From: Candidatus Lustribacter sp.
GTDB taxonomy: Bacteria; Vulcanimicrobiota; Vulcanimicrobiia; Vulcanimicrobiales; Vulcanimicrobiaceae
Reading direction: 5' to 3'
Assembly: GCA_965277805.1 (NCBI GenBank)
Contig: OZ255842.1
Coordinates: 2,048,001 to 2,112,000, forward strand
DNA: 64,000 nt
Shown piece after piece: positions 1 to 9,493 of this stretch; position 1 is the first letter of the stretch; each line of letters opens with the position of its first letter. A program made the position numbers and the translations under genes. Below the pieces are notes generated by a model. It had not been told where the DNA came from, did no database searches, and worked only from the letters and a program-made list of their open reading frames with translations.

Positions 1-92
1 ACGCTCGTAGAACGCCGCAGCCTCATCGAGGTGGGGACCATCAGGCTGAAGTGATCCAGGGAGTGCGCTCCGACCGCCCCTGCCCGGCGCAT
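1..92 (-). CDS. 5' end of a VOC-family (extradiol dioxygenase-like) gene running off the window, with an apparent 1-nt frameshift near nt 33
   Basis: ATG at 92 reads MRRAGAVGAHSLDHFSLMVP; adding one C to the CCCC run continues HLDEAAAFYER, matching the paralog at 51545 (HSLDHFSFAVPDVAAAAAFYER). Confidence 0.6.
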   Translation of the reverse strand, partial: MRRAGAVGAHSLDHFSLMVPTSMRLRRSTS

Positions 93-97
93 TGGAG

Positions 98-1132
98 CTA
101 CCGCCCAACTTTCGCGAGTTCACGCAACGGCCGCGCAGCGATCTCCTCGCGGATGCGCGTGACCATGATCGATGCGGCATCAGCTGCCATATTCATGAGC
201 GGCGCATCGCGATCGCGGTCCAAGCTGCGTTGCTGTGCTTCGAGGATGACCAGATCCTGATTGAACGTTTGCTGAGCGGCGGCGCGCAATTGCTCGGTTT
301 GTCCCGCGTCATCGAGCGCGAAGTTTCGCGCGTACACCCAAAAGTAGTGCGTCGTGGTTTCCGTTTCGGGCGTGAGCAGGTGCAACTGCGAAATCTCGAT
401 CCCGGCGGACCGGTCGCCCTCGGGCGCACCCGTTCCGGCAACCGCGCAGCCCACGTCCAGTGCCGTCGTCGTCGGCGCCAAAAACGTGGTGTGAAACCAG
501 CGGTCGACCGGTCCCGTGAAGTTTCCGGCTTTGGCAAAGTGCGGCGGAGCCGTCGTATTGAGGAGCCAATGCCGGCTCTCGACGTGATCGCCGATCCGCT
601 GCAAGTGCGACTCGGCATCGGCCATCCCCGCGGCGCCGATTTGCGGATGAACGAACGGCACGTGCGCATGATTGTTGAGGTTTTCCAGAACCAGCTCGTG
701 CCGGGCCTGGACGAGCATCCGGTCTCCCGCCGCAGCCCAGCCCGGATCGTCAGCGGTGTGCGCGTCGGGGATCAACCCGGGGTCGGCATAGGCGGCATCG
801 CCGAACCAGAGCCACACGAACCCATAGCGTTCGACGAGCGGATAGGGGCGTACGGGAAGGGCGGACTGCGGAACGCCCTGGCCGGGAATCTTCACGCAGG
901 TGCCCTGCGCATCGAAGCACACTCCGTGATAGCCGCACTGGAGGAGCCCATCCACTACGCTGCCGAGCGATAGGGGCACGCCTCGGTGCGCGCAGCGGTC
1001 GGCAAGGGCGACGGCTTGGCCGCGGGTGCGCCACATGACCACCGGTTCGCCGAGGAGCGTACGTCCTAAGAGCTGATTTTCGCCGATTTCGTGACACCAT
1101 GCGGCCACGTACCAAGCGTTGCGAAGGATCAT
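98..1132 (-). CDS. Rieske oxygenase alpha subunit, VanA/O-demethylase-like
   Basis: Starts MILRNAWYVAAW with GAGGA SD; Rieske CAHR...CGYH; Fe site ENLNNHAHVPFVH; VanA-type C-terminal domain. Confidence 0.9.
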   Translation of the reverse strand: MILRNAWYVAAWCHEIGENQLLGRTLLGEPVVMWRTRGQAVALADRCAHRGVPLSLGSVVDGLLQCGYHGVCFDAQGTCVKIPGQGVPQSALPVRPYPLVERYGFVWLWFGDAAYADPGLIPDAHTADDPGWAAAGDRMLVQARHELVLENLNNHAHVPFVHPQIGAAGMADAESHLQRIGDHVESRHWLLNTTAPPHFAKAGNFTGPVDRWFHTTFLAPTTTALDVGCAVAGTGAPEGDRSAGIEISQLHLLTPETETTTHYFWVYARNFALDDAGQTEQLRAAAQQTFNQDLVILEAQQRSLDRDRDAPLMNMAADAASIMVTRIREEIAARPLRELAKVGR

Positions 1133-1179
1133 GCGTTTCCTCACCGGACCCGGCCGAACATGCGTAATGCGTTTCATCA

Positions 1180-1208
1180 AGCGTAATGTCATATTACGTC
1201 GCGGTCAA
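1180..1208 (-). promoter_or_regulatory. Sigma70-type promoter for the Rieske gene overlapped by palindrome CGTAAT-N5-ATTACG (1182-1198)
   Basis: Minus strand TTGACC-17 nt-TACGCT; perfect 6-bp inverted half-sites. Confidence 0.55.
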
Positions 1209-1228
1209 GGGTGCCGTCCCGATCCGCC

Positions 1229-1258
1229 TTGACAGGGGGAAATTGCCAAGCTTACGAT
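1229..1258 (+). promoter_or_regulatory. Probable sigma70 promoter for the SBP / Mo-hydroxylase operon
   Basis: TTGACA (1229-1234)-18 nt-TACGAT (1253-1258). Confidence 0.45.
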
Positions 1259-1312
1259 AATAGCAAATCATTACGTAAAGAGTAATATCTGCGAACAGTA
1301 GGGGGAGCGTCC

Positions 1313-2527
1313 ATGATCAGCCGTCTCATAGCCGCCCACGCGGGCCGGGGCCGTATCCGTACGGCACTGGGGATCCTGGGCGTGGCAGCCCTCCTGGGCG
1401 CGGCCGCTCCTCCGTCGGGGGCTCCGGTCGTGATCAATGCCGTCATACCGCTCACCGGCGGGGCGGCGTTCCTCGGGACATCGTTTAACAGCGCCTTCCG
1501 AGCCGCCGAGATCCTCGTGAACGAGACGGGTGGCATCCAGGGCCGGCCGCTAAAAATCGTTGCTGCAGATTCGCAAACCTCGCCCGCCGTGGGCCTGCAA
1601 CTCGTGCAAGGCCTCGTCGCGCAACACGCCGACCTGTTTCTGGACGGCGGGCCGGCACCGATCTGCAACGCCTCACTGCCCCTAATTGCGAAGAGCGGCC
1701 CGGTCGATTACTGCCTATCGCCCGCATTTTCGCCGGGGCCGAATAGCTATGGATTTTCTACGAATCCATCAGCCAGCGATGTCTCGCATGTCGTCGTAAG
1801 GTACTTCCGGCTGCGCGGGTGGACCCGTATCGCGATGATCAGTGCGACGGACGCGGCGAGTCAAGTAAACGAAGCGGCAACGATTTCTGCGATCGGTCAG
1901 CCCGAGAATCGCGGCGTCACGTTAGTCGCCAAAGAGAATTTCGCCCCGAGCGACGTCAGCGTGAGCGCGCAAATCGCAGCGATCGTCGCGGCAAAGCCGC
2001 AAGCAATAACGGTTTGGGCAACCGGTACTCCGGTCGCAACGGTACTGCGTGCTCTCAACGATGCCGGCAATACCGCACCCGTTCAGATCTCCGGTTCCAA
2101 CATGATCTTTCCTGAGCTCCACAGCTTTGCTGCATTTCTTCCGAAGCAGCTGTTCTTTTCGACGCCCATCGCACTAACGCCCAAGGATAACCCGCCCGGG
2201 CCGGTACGCGACGCGCAACTTGCATATGTTGCGTCGATCAAGCGCGTCGGCGTTCGTGCGGACATTGCGACGGATCTGGCCTGGGACCCGATCATGATTT
2301 TCGTCAATGCCTTGCGTCATTTCGGACCGAATGCGACCGCCGAACAGGTTCACGACTACATCGAACATCTCCACGGTTATGCCGGCACAAACGGCATCTA
2401 TGACTTCAGTTCCGGCGACCAACGCGGGATCGGCCAAAACGGCCTCGAGATGGCGCAGTGGGATGCGAAAAAAGATGATTTCGTCCGGGTCAGCCGCGCT
2501 CGCGGATTCCTTTTGACCGGCCACTAA
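1313..2527 (+). CDS. ABC solute-binding protein, LivJ/Peripla_BP_6 type
   Basis: Signal peptide; PLTGGAAFLG, VNETGGIQGRP, GPVDYCLSP motifs; GGAG SD. Confidence 0.9.
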   Translation: MISRLIAAHAGRGRIRTALGILGVAALLGAAAPPSGAPVVINAVIPLTGGAAFLGTSFNSAFRAAEILVNETGGIQGRPLKIVAADSQTSPAVGLQLVQGLVAQHADLFLDGGPAPICNASLPLIAKSGPVDYCLSPAFSPGPNSYGFSTNPSASDVSHVVVRYFRLRGWTRIAMISATDAASQVNEAATISAIGQPENRGVTLVAKENFAPSDVSVSAQIAAIVAAKPQAITVWATGTPVATVLRALNDAGNTAPVQISGSNMIFPELHSFAAFLPKQLFFSTPIALTPKDNPPGPVRDAQLAYVASIKRVGVRADIATDLAWDPIMIFVNALRHFGPNATAEQVHDYIEHLHGYAGTNGIYDFSSGDQRGIGQNGLEMAQWDAKKDDFVRVSRARGFLLTGH

Positions 2528-2535
2528 ACATCTCG

Positions 2536-4689
2536 ATGACCGTCGTCGCTCCGAAAATCGGTACTATCCCGGCGCTGATCGGCCGTGATGAAGCGCGCAT
2601 CGATGGCCGCAGCAAAGTCTCGGGCGAGACGATGTACAGCGCGGACTTCAAACGCGAAGGCATGCTCTGGGCTGCCTTCGCGGCCTCGACCTACGCCCAT
2701 GCGCGCATCGTCAGCGTCGACACCACAGTCGCCAAAGCGATGCCCGGCGTGCGCGCCGTCATCACCGGTGCCGACATCGGTGAACGGTATTTCGGCTGCA
2801 TGCTGAAAGATTGGCCCATTCTTGCGCGCGGCGAAGTGCAGTTCGTCGGCGAATATCTCGCGGCTGTCGCGGCCGATACGCGCGACCAGGCTGAAGCCGC
2901 CGCCGCAGCCATTGACGTCCAGTACGAGGAGCTGCCCGCCGTCTTCGATCCGGAAGCCGCGATCGCACCCGGCGCACCGCCCTTCCACCCGAATGTCGCA
3001 CAATTCGCGCACCTCCTGGGCAAACGCCCACCTGTTCCGCACCCGAACATGCACGGCTACGACATCACGCGCAAGGGAGACGTCGAAGCCGGCTTCGCGC
3101 GCAGCGACTACATCTTCGAGCACACATTCACCACGCCGCGCACGCATGGCGGCTACCTCGAACCGCGCGCCACGCTAATCTGGATCGACGATGGCGGCAC
3201 GGTGCACCTGATCTGCACGAATTCGGGACCGTTCTTGCTGCGCGACAGGCTTGCGTCGGCGATCGACCTGCCGAAGGACAAGGTCGTCGTCCATCCGAGT
3301 TTCATCGGCGGAGATTTTGGCGGCAAGGCGCTGACCATCGAAGAGTTTCCGATGTATTATCTCGCCTTGGCGACGAACCGGCCGATCAAGCACGTTCGCA
3401 CGCTCGCCGATGACGTACGTTCCACCCACACGCGACACGCATCAAAGACGCGCGTACGCATGGGTCTCAAGAACGACGGCACGATCGAGGCGTTCGACGT
3501 GCGGGTGCTCTTTGACGGCGGGGCCTATGCAGCTGGTAAGCCCGTGCCCTGGCTGATGCCGGGCCTCGCACCGAAATTGCCCTACCGACTCGAAAACGCG
3601 CAAATGGAACGCATCGCGGCCTACACGAATACCGTGCCGGCCGGCTTCGTGCGCGCGCCAGGCGACATTCAAACGATCTTCGCGCTCGAATCGGCGATGG
3701 ACATGGCGGCCAATGCATTGGGCATCAGTCCATACGACATTCGCATGCGCAATGCGGTAACCGAGCATGATACGACCCTCGAGGGAAATCCGTTCGCACG
3801 TCCCCGCACGCGCGAAATGCTCGAACTTCTGCATCGCGAAATCGGCTGGGGCAAGCCGCTCCCGCCGGGACGCGGACTCGGACTTTCGCTCACCGCGCGC
3901 CACTTCGTCGGCGGAAAAACAAGCTTCACCGTAACCGCCCAAGAAGACGGAACCATCGCCGTCGACACCGGTGCTCCGGAGCAGGGCGTCGGCTCGCTAA
4001 CGGTCATTCAGCGCGTGCTGGCCGCCGAGCTGAATATCGACCCGGAGCGTATCACCGTGACGCGCGGTGCGACCGACGCCGTACCGTTCGACCCCGGAGT
4101 CGGCGGCAGCAAGGGCGCTCTACTGCTCGGTCGCGCGGCGCTCGACGCAGCGCAAAAGCTGCGCGCCGCGCTGGCGCTTCCGCATTCCGGCCCGGTGACG
4201 GTGACCGGCGAGGGCGCCTATATGCACCAGCGCGGTGAGCCCGTCTGGACGAATTTTGCCGCGTACGGCGTCGATCTTTCGGTCGACCGCGACACGGGCG
4301 AGATCACGATTCACGAGGTCGTGTTCGTCGCCGACGTCGGCACGATCATCAATCCGATCGCGCATCGCGGCCAAATCGACGGCGGCTTCATGATGGGTAT
4401 CGGCAGTGCGTTGACCGAGGAGCTGCACATTGAGGACGGGCGCCTCGTCAACATCGCCCTCTCCGATTACAAGTTACCGTGTCAGCGCGACATCCCGCCG
4501 TTTCGCGTGATCATGATGGAGCCTGACGACGGGCCCGGGGCCTTCGGGTCGCGCGCCGTCGGCGAATTCAACACCGCGGGCGTTGCGCCGGCAATCGCCA
4601 ACGCCATCGAAGCCGCCTGCGGGGTACGCCTGGATCGGCTCGGTCTAACGGCAGAACGGATTTACGCCGCGTTACAGACGCAATCCTGA
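2536..4689 (+). CDS. Xanthine dehydrogenase-family molybdopterin-binding (large) subunit
   Basis: KVSGETMYSAD, GGDFGGK, GQIDGGFMMGIG, GSRAVGE motifs; 717 aa. Confidence 0.92.
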   Translation: MTVVAPKIGTIPALIGRDEARIDGRSKVSGETMYSADFKREGMLWAAFAASTYAHARIVSVDTTVAKAMPGVRAVITGADIGERYFGCMLKDWPILARGEVQFVGEYLAAVAADTRDQAEAAAAAIDVQYEELPAVFDPEAAIAPGAPPFHPNVAQFAHLLGKRPPVPHPNMHGYDITRKGDVEAGFARSDYIFEHTFTTPRTHGGYLEPRATLIWIDDGGTVHLICTNSGPFLLRDRLASAIDLPKDKVVVHPSFIGGDFGGKALTIEEFPMYYLALATNRPIKHVRTLADDVRSTHTRHASKTRVRMGLKNDGTIEAFDVRVLFDGGAYAAGKPVPWLMPGLAPKLPYRLENAQMERIAAYTNTVPAGFVRAPGDIQTIFALESAMDMAANALGISPYDIRMRNAVTEHDTTLEGNPFARPRTREMLELLHREIGWGKPLPPGRGLGLSLTARHFVGGKTSFTVTAQEDGTIAVDTGAPEQGVGSLTVIQRVLAAELNIDPERITVTRGATDAVPFDPGVGGSKGALLLGRAALDAAQKLRAALALPHSGPVTVTGEGAYMHQRGEPVWTNFAAYGVDLSVDRDTGEITIHEVVFVADVGTIINPIAHRGQIDGGFMMGIGSALTEELHIEDGRLVNIALSDYKLPCQRDIPPFRVIMMEPDDGPGAFGSRAVGEFNTAGVAPAIANAIEAACGVRLDRLGLTAERIYAALQTQS

Positions 4690-4704
4690 CGTGATGAGGA
4701 TCGA

Positions 4705-5637
4705 ATGAATCGACACAGCTATTTGTCCGGCCTCGCCGCAGCTGCGGCTGCAATCGTTCCGAGCGGCGTTCGAGCCCAGGCGCGGGCCATTCGGATCGGT
4801 TCCGGCTCGAGCGATCAATATTCACTGTCGATGTTCGCCAAAGACGCGGGCTTCTTTGACCGAGCAGGACTCGACGTGGACGTCCAGCGGTTTACGCAAC
4901 TCCAGACGGCGGTGCAGGGCCTGGCGGCAGGCGAGCTCGACGTTGTCTGTGCCGATGTCGTGCAGATCGCGAATGCAATCAACAGCGGGATCCCGCTCGG
5001 CTACTTCGCGCCTGCGGCGATATATACGACCGCGGTGCCGACGGTGTTCGTCTGCGTTGCGAAGAACGGCACGGTGCGATCGGCAAAGGATCTGGAAAAC
5101 GGCTCCGTTGCCGTCGTCGCGCTCTCGACGCAGATAACCGTGGGGCTGCAGCAATGGCTAAAAGACAGCGGCGTCGATGCCACGAAGGTGAAGCTGGTTG
5201 AGTTGCCCTTTGCGGCGATGGCGCCGGCCGTTAGCCGCGGGACCGTCGCTGCGGCTGTTATTGCCGAGCCGTTCGTAACGCAGAGCATCGATAGCATTCG
5301 CCTCATCGGCGATCCGATGGCTGCGATCGCAAAGAACTACTTGCTGTGCGGCATGGCATCAACGCACGCGTGGATAACGGCGAATCGGGATCTCGCGAAG
5401 CGCCTAACTAAGATGTATGGCGAAGCGGCGACTTGGGCCAACGCTCATCCTGCCGACACGGCGAAGACGCTCGCGGCGTATTCGAACATTCCGTTAGCGA
5501 CGGTCCTCGCGATGAGAAGAGCAACCTTCACCGCAACGCTGTCGCCACCCCAGATCCAGCCGGCACTTGATATGGCATTCAAGTACGGACAATTGCAGAA
5601 ACCGCTGCGCGCTCAGTCCATGATCATCCCGCTCTAG
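4705..5637 (+). CDS. ABC solute-binding protein, NMT1/SsuA type
   Basis: Signal peptide; FAKDAGFFDRAGLDVDV, VELPFAAMAPAVSRG, EPF motifs. Confidence 0.88.
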   Translation: MNRHSYLSGLAAAAAAIVPSGVRAQARAIRIGSGSSDQYSLSMFAKDAGFFDRAGLDVDVQRFTQLQTAVQGLAAGELDVVCADVVQIANAINSGIPLGYFAPAAIYTTAVPTVFVCVAKNGTVRSAKDLENGSVAVVALSTQITVGLQQWLKDSGVDATKVKLVELPFAAMAPAVSRGTVAAAVIAEPFVTQSIDSIRLIGDPMAAIAKNYLLCGMASTHAWITANRDLAKRLTKMYGEAATWANAHPADTAKTLAAYSNIPLATVLAMRRATFTATLSPPQIQPALDMAFKYGQLQKPLRAQSMIIPL

Positions 5638-5646
5638 TCTGCCGCC

Positions 5647-6645
5647 TCAAGAACCCCTGGCCGCGGCCGGGAGCTTCAACATCCGCTCGGCATTGCGGTG
5701 GGCGATATCTTCTCTTTCTGATTCGCCGACGGGTAGCGTATCGAGAAAGTCGCGCGCCGCGCGATTGGTCGCGAATGGGTAGTCGACCGAGAAGAGAAGC
5801 CGATCCGTTCCGAACGTGAGCAAGGCCCCCATGAACGGCGGCAGGGTAAAGAAGCCGCTGGTCGTGACCGCGACCTGATCTAGAATCGTCTCGCCTACCG
5901 TGCGTTGCAAACCGGTATTGACGTGCGCAAACGCCTCATCGCTGCGCGCGAGCATGATTTGCAAACCTTCACCCATGTGGCCGATAATGAGCCGCAACTT
6001 TGGATGACGATCGAGCGCGCCGGAAAGCACCAGGCGCAAGACGTGCACCGCGGTATCAGCGTGCCATCCCCAGGCGGCGTTCGCGAACATGTACGACACT
6101 GCCGGATCGAAGCCGTCATAGTATCCGCGCCGCACGCTTGCCGGCGGAACTCCCGGATGCAGATAGAGCGCCACGCCGAGGGCTTCTGCGCGCTCCAGCA
6201 CGGGATCGAACATCGGGTGATCGAGAAATTTTTCGTCGGTGTGGCCGCTGATCATGGCGCCGCAAAAACCGTATTGCTGCACCGTGCGCTCGAGTTCGCC
6301 GGCCGCTGCTTCCGGCGCCGTCAACGGCAGATGTGCGAATGCCGCAAAGCGGTCTGGGTGCCGCTGCACCCTGGCAGCCAATTCATCGTTGTAACGGCGG
6401 GCAAAAGCGGGACCGGCGTCCGCCGGCAATAAGTCCGCTCCGGCACCAATGACGGAAAGAACTTGGACGTCGATGCCCGCCTCATCCATCAAACGAAGCC
6501 GCTTCTCATCCACCTCATCGAGATCGTCCGTGCGCGATTCGGGACCCAGAGCGGGGGCCATGCCGCGCCGCAGCTTCAGCCCCGGATCGATCTCGCTCGC
6601 AAAGCGCCGAAAAGAAACGTGCTCCTCGAGTGCGATAATGCGCAC
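5647..6645 (-). CDS. Amidohydrolase_2 family, aromatic acid decarboxylase-like
   Basis: IALEEH, YLHPG, GHMGE, FSVDYPF motifs (LigW/gamma-resorcylate decarboxylase-like). Confidence 0.88.
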   Translation of the reverse strand: MRIIALEEHVSFRRFASEIDPGLKLRRGMAPALGPESRTDDLDEVDEKRLRLMDEAGIDVQVLSVIGAGADLLPADAGPAFARRYNDELAARVQRHPDRFAAFAHLPLTAPEAAAGELERTVQQYGFCGAMISGHTDEKFLDHPMFDPVLERAEALGVALYLHPGVPPASVRRGYYDGFDPAVSYMFANAAWGWHADTAVHVLRLVLSGALDRHPKLRLIIGHMGEGLQIMLARSDEAFAHVNTGLQRTVGETILDQVAVTTSGFFTLPPFMGALLTFGTDRLLFSVDYPFATNRAARDFLDTLPVGESEREDIAHRNAERMLKLPAAARGS

Positions 6646-6688
6646 GGCGTTAACCCCTCAGTCCAAACGATACGTGATGTGAGAAAAA

Positions 6689-8290
6689 TTACGACTTGAT
6701 GAGATCGGCTGCCTTTTCAGCCACCATGTAGACGGCTGCGTTAATGTGCGCCGAGACGAGATCGGGAAAGACCGAGGCATCGACCACCCGCAATCCCTCG
6801 ATGCCGCGCACGCGCAGTTGCGGATCGAGCACGCTGTCTTCGCCGCTGCCCATCCGGCACGTGCCGGCGGCATGACTCACGCCGGTCGCGGTGCGGCGCA
6901 AGTGCTGATCGATATCTTCATCGCTCGTAACGCCGGCCCCGGGATCGAGTTCGTCACCGCGAAACGCATCGAGTTGCGTCGATTCGCCGATCGCGCGCGC
7001 CATGCGTAAACCCTCTCGCAGCTTCGCGATATCGGCCGGTGCGGAGAAATAATTAAAGTGAATGATTGCCGGGTCGGCGGGGTTTGCCGAGCGCAAGCGC
7101 ACCGTTCCGCGGCTTTCGGGGTGCAGCAGGACGGGATCGATGCCCCACGAGTCGGTATACGCCTTCTGAGCCACGGGCCAATAGGGTCCGACGACGGGCG
7201 GTGAACTGCGGAGCATGAACTCCAGATCGGGCACTTCGAGTTCCGGACTCGATTTGATGTACGCTTGCGTTTCGAGCGGCAGTTCCGTCGCCGGTCCGGT
7301 TCCAAACAGCAGCGCTTGCAGCATCGCAAGGCCCGCCCGGTCATAGCGCATGAGTTTGTTGAAGCTGCTACGCGGCCCGCGCCGCTTCCAGAGCACGAGC
7401 GCTCGTACGTGATCTTGAAGGTTGTTGCCGACCGGCAGCGCCGCGACAACGGGAATACCGAGTTCACGCAAATGCTCGGCCGGACCGATCCCTGAGTGCA
7501 TCAGTAACGCGGGCGAACTGAGCGCGCCGCCGCTCAGCACCACCTCGCGTTCGGCGCGCACGGTTTCGACGCCGCCTGCGCGAGCATACTCAACGCCGGC
7601 CGCGCGGGTGCCGTCCAGCAATATTCGGCGGGCCGTGGCACCGGTAACGACGGTCAAGTTATGTCGATTCATCGCGGGCAGCAGGTAGGCACGCGCAGCC
7701 GAGTCGCGCCGGCCGTTGTGCAAGTTGAACTGCGTGCGGCCGAAGCCGACGCTCTGGGCGTTATAGTCGCCGGTCAACGGATAGCCGCACGCTACGGCAG
7801 CCCGATCGACGGCGGTCGTGAGCGGATCGTTCGGCTTCGCCGCAACGACGTGCACCGGACCCGTTCCGCCGCGTAACGTTGAAGCGCCGCCTTCCCACGT
7901 CTCGATTCGACGGAAGTACGGCAACACGTCGTTCCACGACCATCCGCCGGCGCCGTTGCGCGCCCAACGATCGAAATCACCTGCGCTGCCCCGTGTGAAG
8001 GCCGTCATGTTTATCGAAGAGCCGCCGCCGAGCACTTTTCCGCGCAAGGCTCGCATCGGGCGGTTTGCCATGCCCGCTTCAGGAACCGAATTCTGGCCCC
8101 ACTCGAACATCCGCTTCATTTGCAGTTTGCCCATGCCGAGCGGAATGCGGATGTAGGGATGTCCATCGGCCCCGCCGGCCTCGAGCAAGAGGACGCGGGT
8201 AGCGGGATCTTCGCTCAGGCGGCCGGCTAAAACACAGCCGGCAGATCCCCCGCCGACGATGACGTAATCGTACGTCCGTGCGGCCGTCAC
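6689..8290 (-). CDS. GMC oxidoreductase (choline dehydrogenase-like)
   Basis: YDYVIVGGGSAGC, RGKVLGGGSSIN, NLQDH, HAAGTCRMG; GTG start overlaps the upstream TGA. Confidence 0.93.
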   Translation of the reverse strand: MTAARTYDYVIVGGGSAGCVLAGRLSEDPATRVLLLEAGGADGHPYIRIPLGMGKLQMKRMFEWGQNSVPEAGMANRPMRALRGKVLGGGSSINMTAFTRGSAGDFDRWARNGAGGWSWNDVLPYFRRIETWEGGASTLRGGTGPVHVVAAKPNDPLTTAVDRAAVACGYPLTGDYNAQSVGFGRTQFNLHNGRRDSAARAYLLPAMNRHNLTVVTGATARRILLDGTRAAGVEYARAGGVETVRAEREVVLSGGALSSPALLMHSGIGPAEHLRELGIPVVAALPVGNNLQDHVRALVLWKRRGPRSSFNKLMRYDRAGLAMLQALLFGTGPATELPLETQAYIKSSPELEVPDLEFMLRSSPPVVGPYWPVAQKAYTDSWGIDPVLLHPESRGTVRLRSANPADPAIIHFNYFSAPADIAKLREGLRMARAIGESTQLDAFRGDELDPGAGVTSDEDIDQHLRRTATGVSHAAGTCRMGSGEDSVLDPQLRVRGIEGLRVVDASVFPDLVSAHINAAVYMVAEKAADLIKS

Positions 8291-9483
8291 CCTTCCGCCG
8301 GCACGAGCGTTTCGCGATCCCATTCGGCGACCGGGTCGAAGCCCCACACGAAATCGATATTGAAGTGCGATCCGCCACGCCCAGCTTCGATCAACGCTTT
8401 TTGCGCCGCCGCGTCGTTCATATGCTTGAAACGGGCGGTCGATATCGCTAAGCGTTGCACTGCCTGCACGCGCGGAATCCGAACCCGGCGAAAATTGCTG
8501 AACGCTTCAACCCGATTGGTACGATCCGCATCGAGCCAACGTGCGAGGATATACGCATCTTCGAAGGCTTGGCACGCGCCTTGCCCGATGTTCGGCAGCA
8601 TCGCATGGGCTGCGTCACCGATCAACTGAATCCGGCCACGTCCCCAGTTACCGGTTAGCGGACGCGTGAAGAGGCCCCATTTCGAACAATCGTTTACCAG
8701 ATTCAGCAACGTCGCGAGCCGCGGTTCGGGGTTGGGGAAGCTGGCGCGCATCTCGTCGGGATCGCCGGCACTCGACCAGCCTTCGTCCACCCAGTCTTCC
8801 GTGTCTTGCTGCGTGACGATGTTGACGATTTCTTTGTGACGGATATAGTACGCGATGAAGTGACAGCCGGAACCCATCCACTGAATGCGCCCGTTCGGTT
8901 CCAAAATTTCGGCTGGAACGTCGCTCGCTTTCAACAAAGCCCGCCACGCCATTTGACCGGTGTAAGACGGATGGTCGTCACCGTAGAGCGCGTGACGGAT
9001 CGTCGAACGAACGCCGTCGGCACCGATGACGATATCGGCCTCAACGGTCGCACCGTTCGCGAACGTCAACGAAACCGCACTGCCGTGCTCTTCGATGCCG
9101 GTAAGACGGTGCCCCAAGTGGATCGTTTTCGGATCGATCCCGTCGGCCAGCGCGTCGAGCAGGTCGGCGCGATGAAAGGTATACGACGGCGCCCCGAAAC
9201 GGGCTTCAATATCTTTTGGGTCGCGAAACTCGAGAAACTCGCCGGTCTGCATGTTCCGCGTATACAAGCCCTGAAAACGGTCGCCGATCTTGGAGATCTT
9301 CTCGCCAAGTCCGATCGCCTGCAGTGCCTTGAACGCCTGCGGGCTGGTACCGACGGCAGCACCGATCTCGCCGAGTGCGGGCGCCGTTTCGAACACGTCT
9401 GCCTGCATTCCGAACTTCGCAAGTGCCTGCGCCGTCGCCAGTCCCCCGAGTCCGCCACCGACGATTGCAATCTTGCATTTCAT
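8287..9483 (-). CDS. Single-component FAD monooxygenase (salicylate / 3-hydroxybenzoate hydroxylase-like)
   Basis: GGGLGG, GADGVRS, GDAAHAMLPNIGQGACQAFED. Confidence 0.9.
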   Translation of the reverse strand: MKCKIAIVGGGLGGLATAQALAKFGMQADVFETAPALGEIGAAVGTSPQAFKALQAIGLGEKISKIGDRFQGLYTRNMQTGEFLEFRDPKDIEARFGAPSYTFHRADLLDALADGIDPKTIHLGHRLTGIEEHGSAVSLTFANGATVEADIVIGADGVRSTIRHALYGDDHPSYTGQMAWRALLKASDVPAEILEPNGRIQWMGSGCHFIAYYIRHKEIVNIVTQQDTEDWVDEGWSSAGDPDEMRASFPNPEPRLATLLNLVNDCSKWGLFTRPLTGNWGRGRIQLIGDAAHAMLPNIGQGACQAFEDAYILARWLDADRTNRVEAFSNFRRVRIPRVQAVQRLAISTARFKHMNDAAAQKALIEAGRGGSHFNIDFVWGFDPVAEWDRETLVPAEG

Positions 9484-9493
9484 GAGGCTTCTC

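Noticed and set aside
2536-4689. Form I CO dehydrogenase CoxL
   Set aside because: Lacks the AYxCSFR motif and has no coxM/coxS
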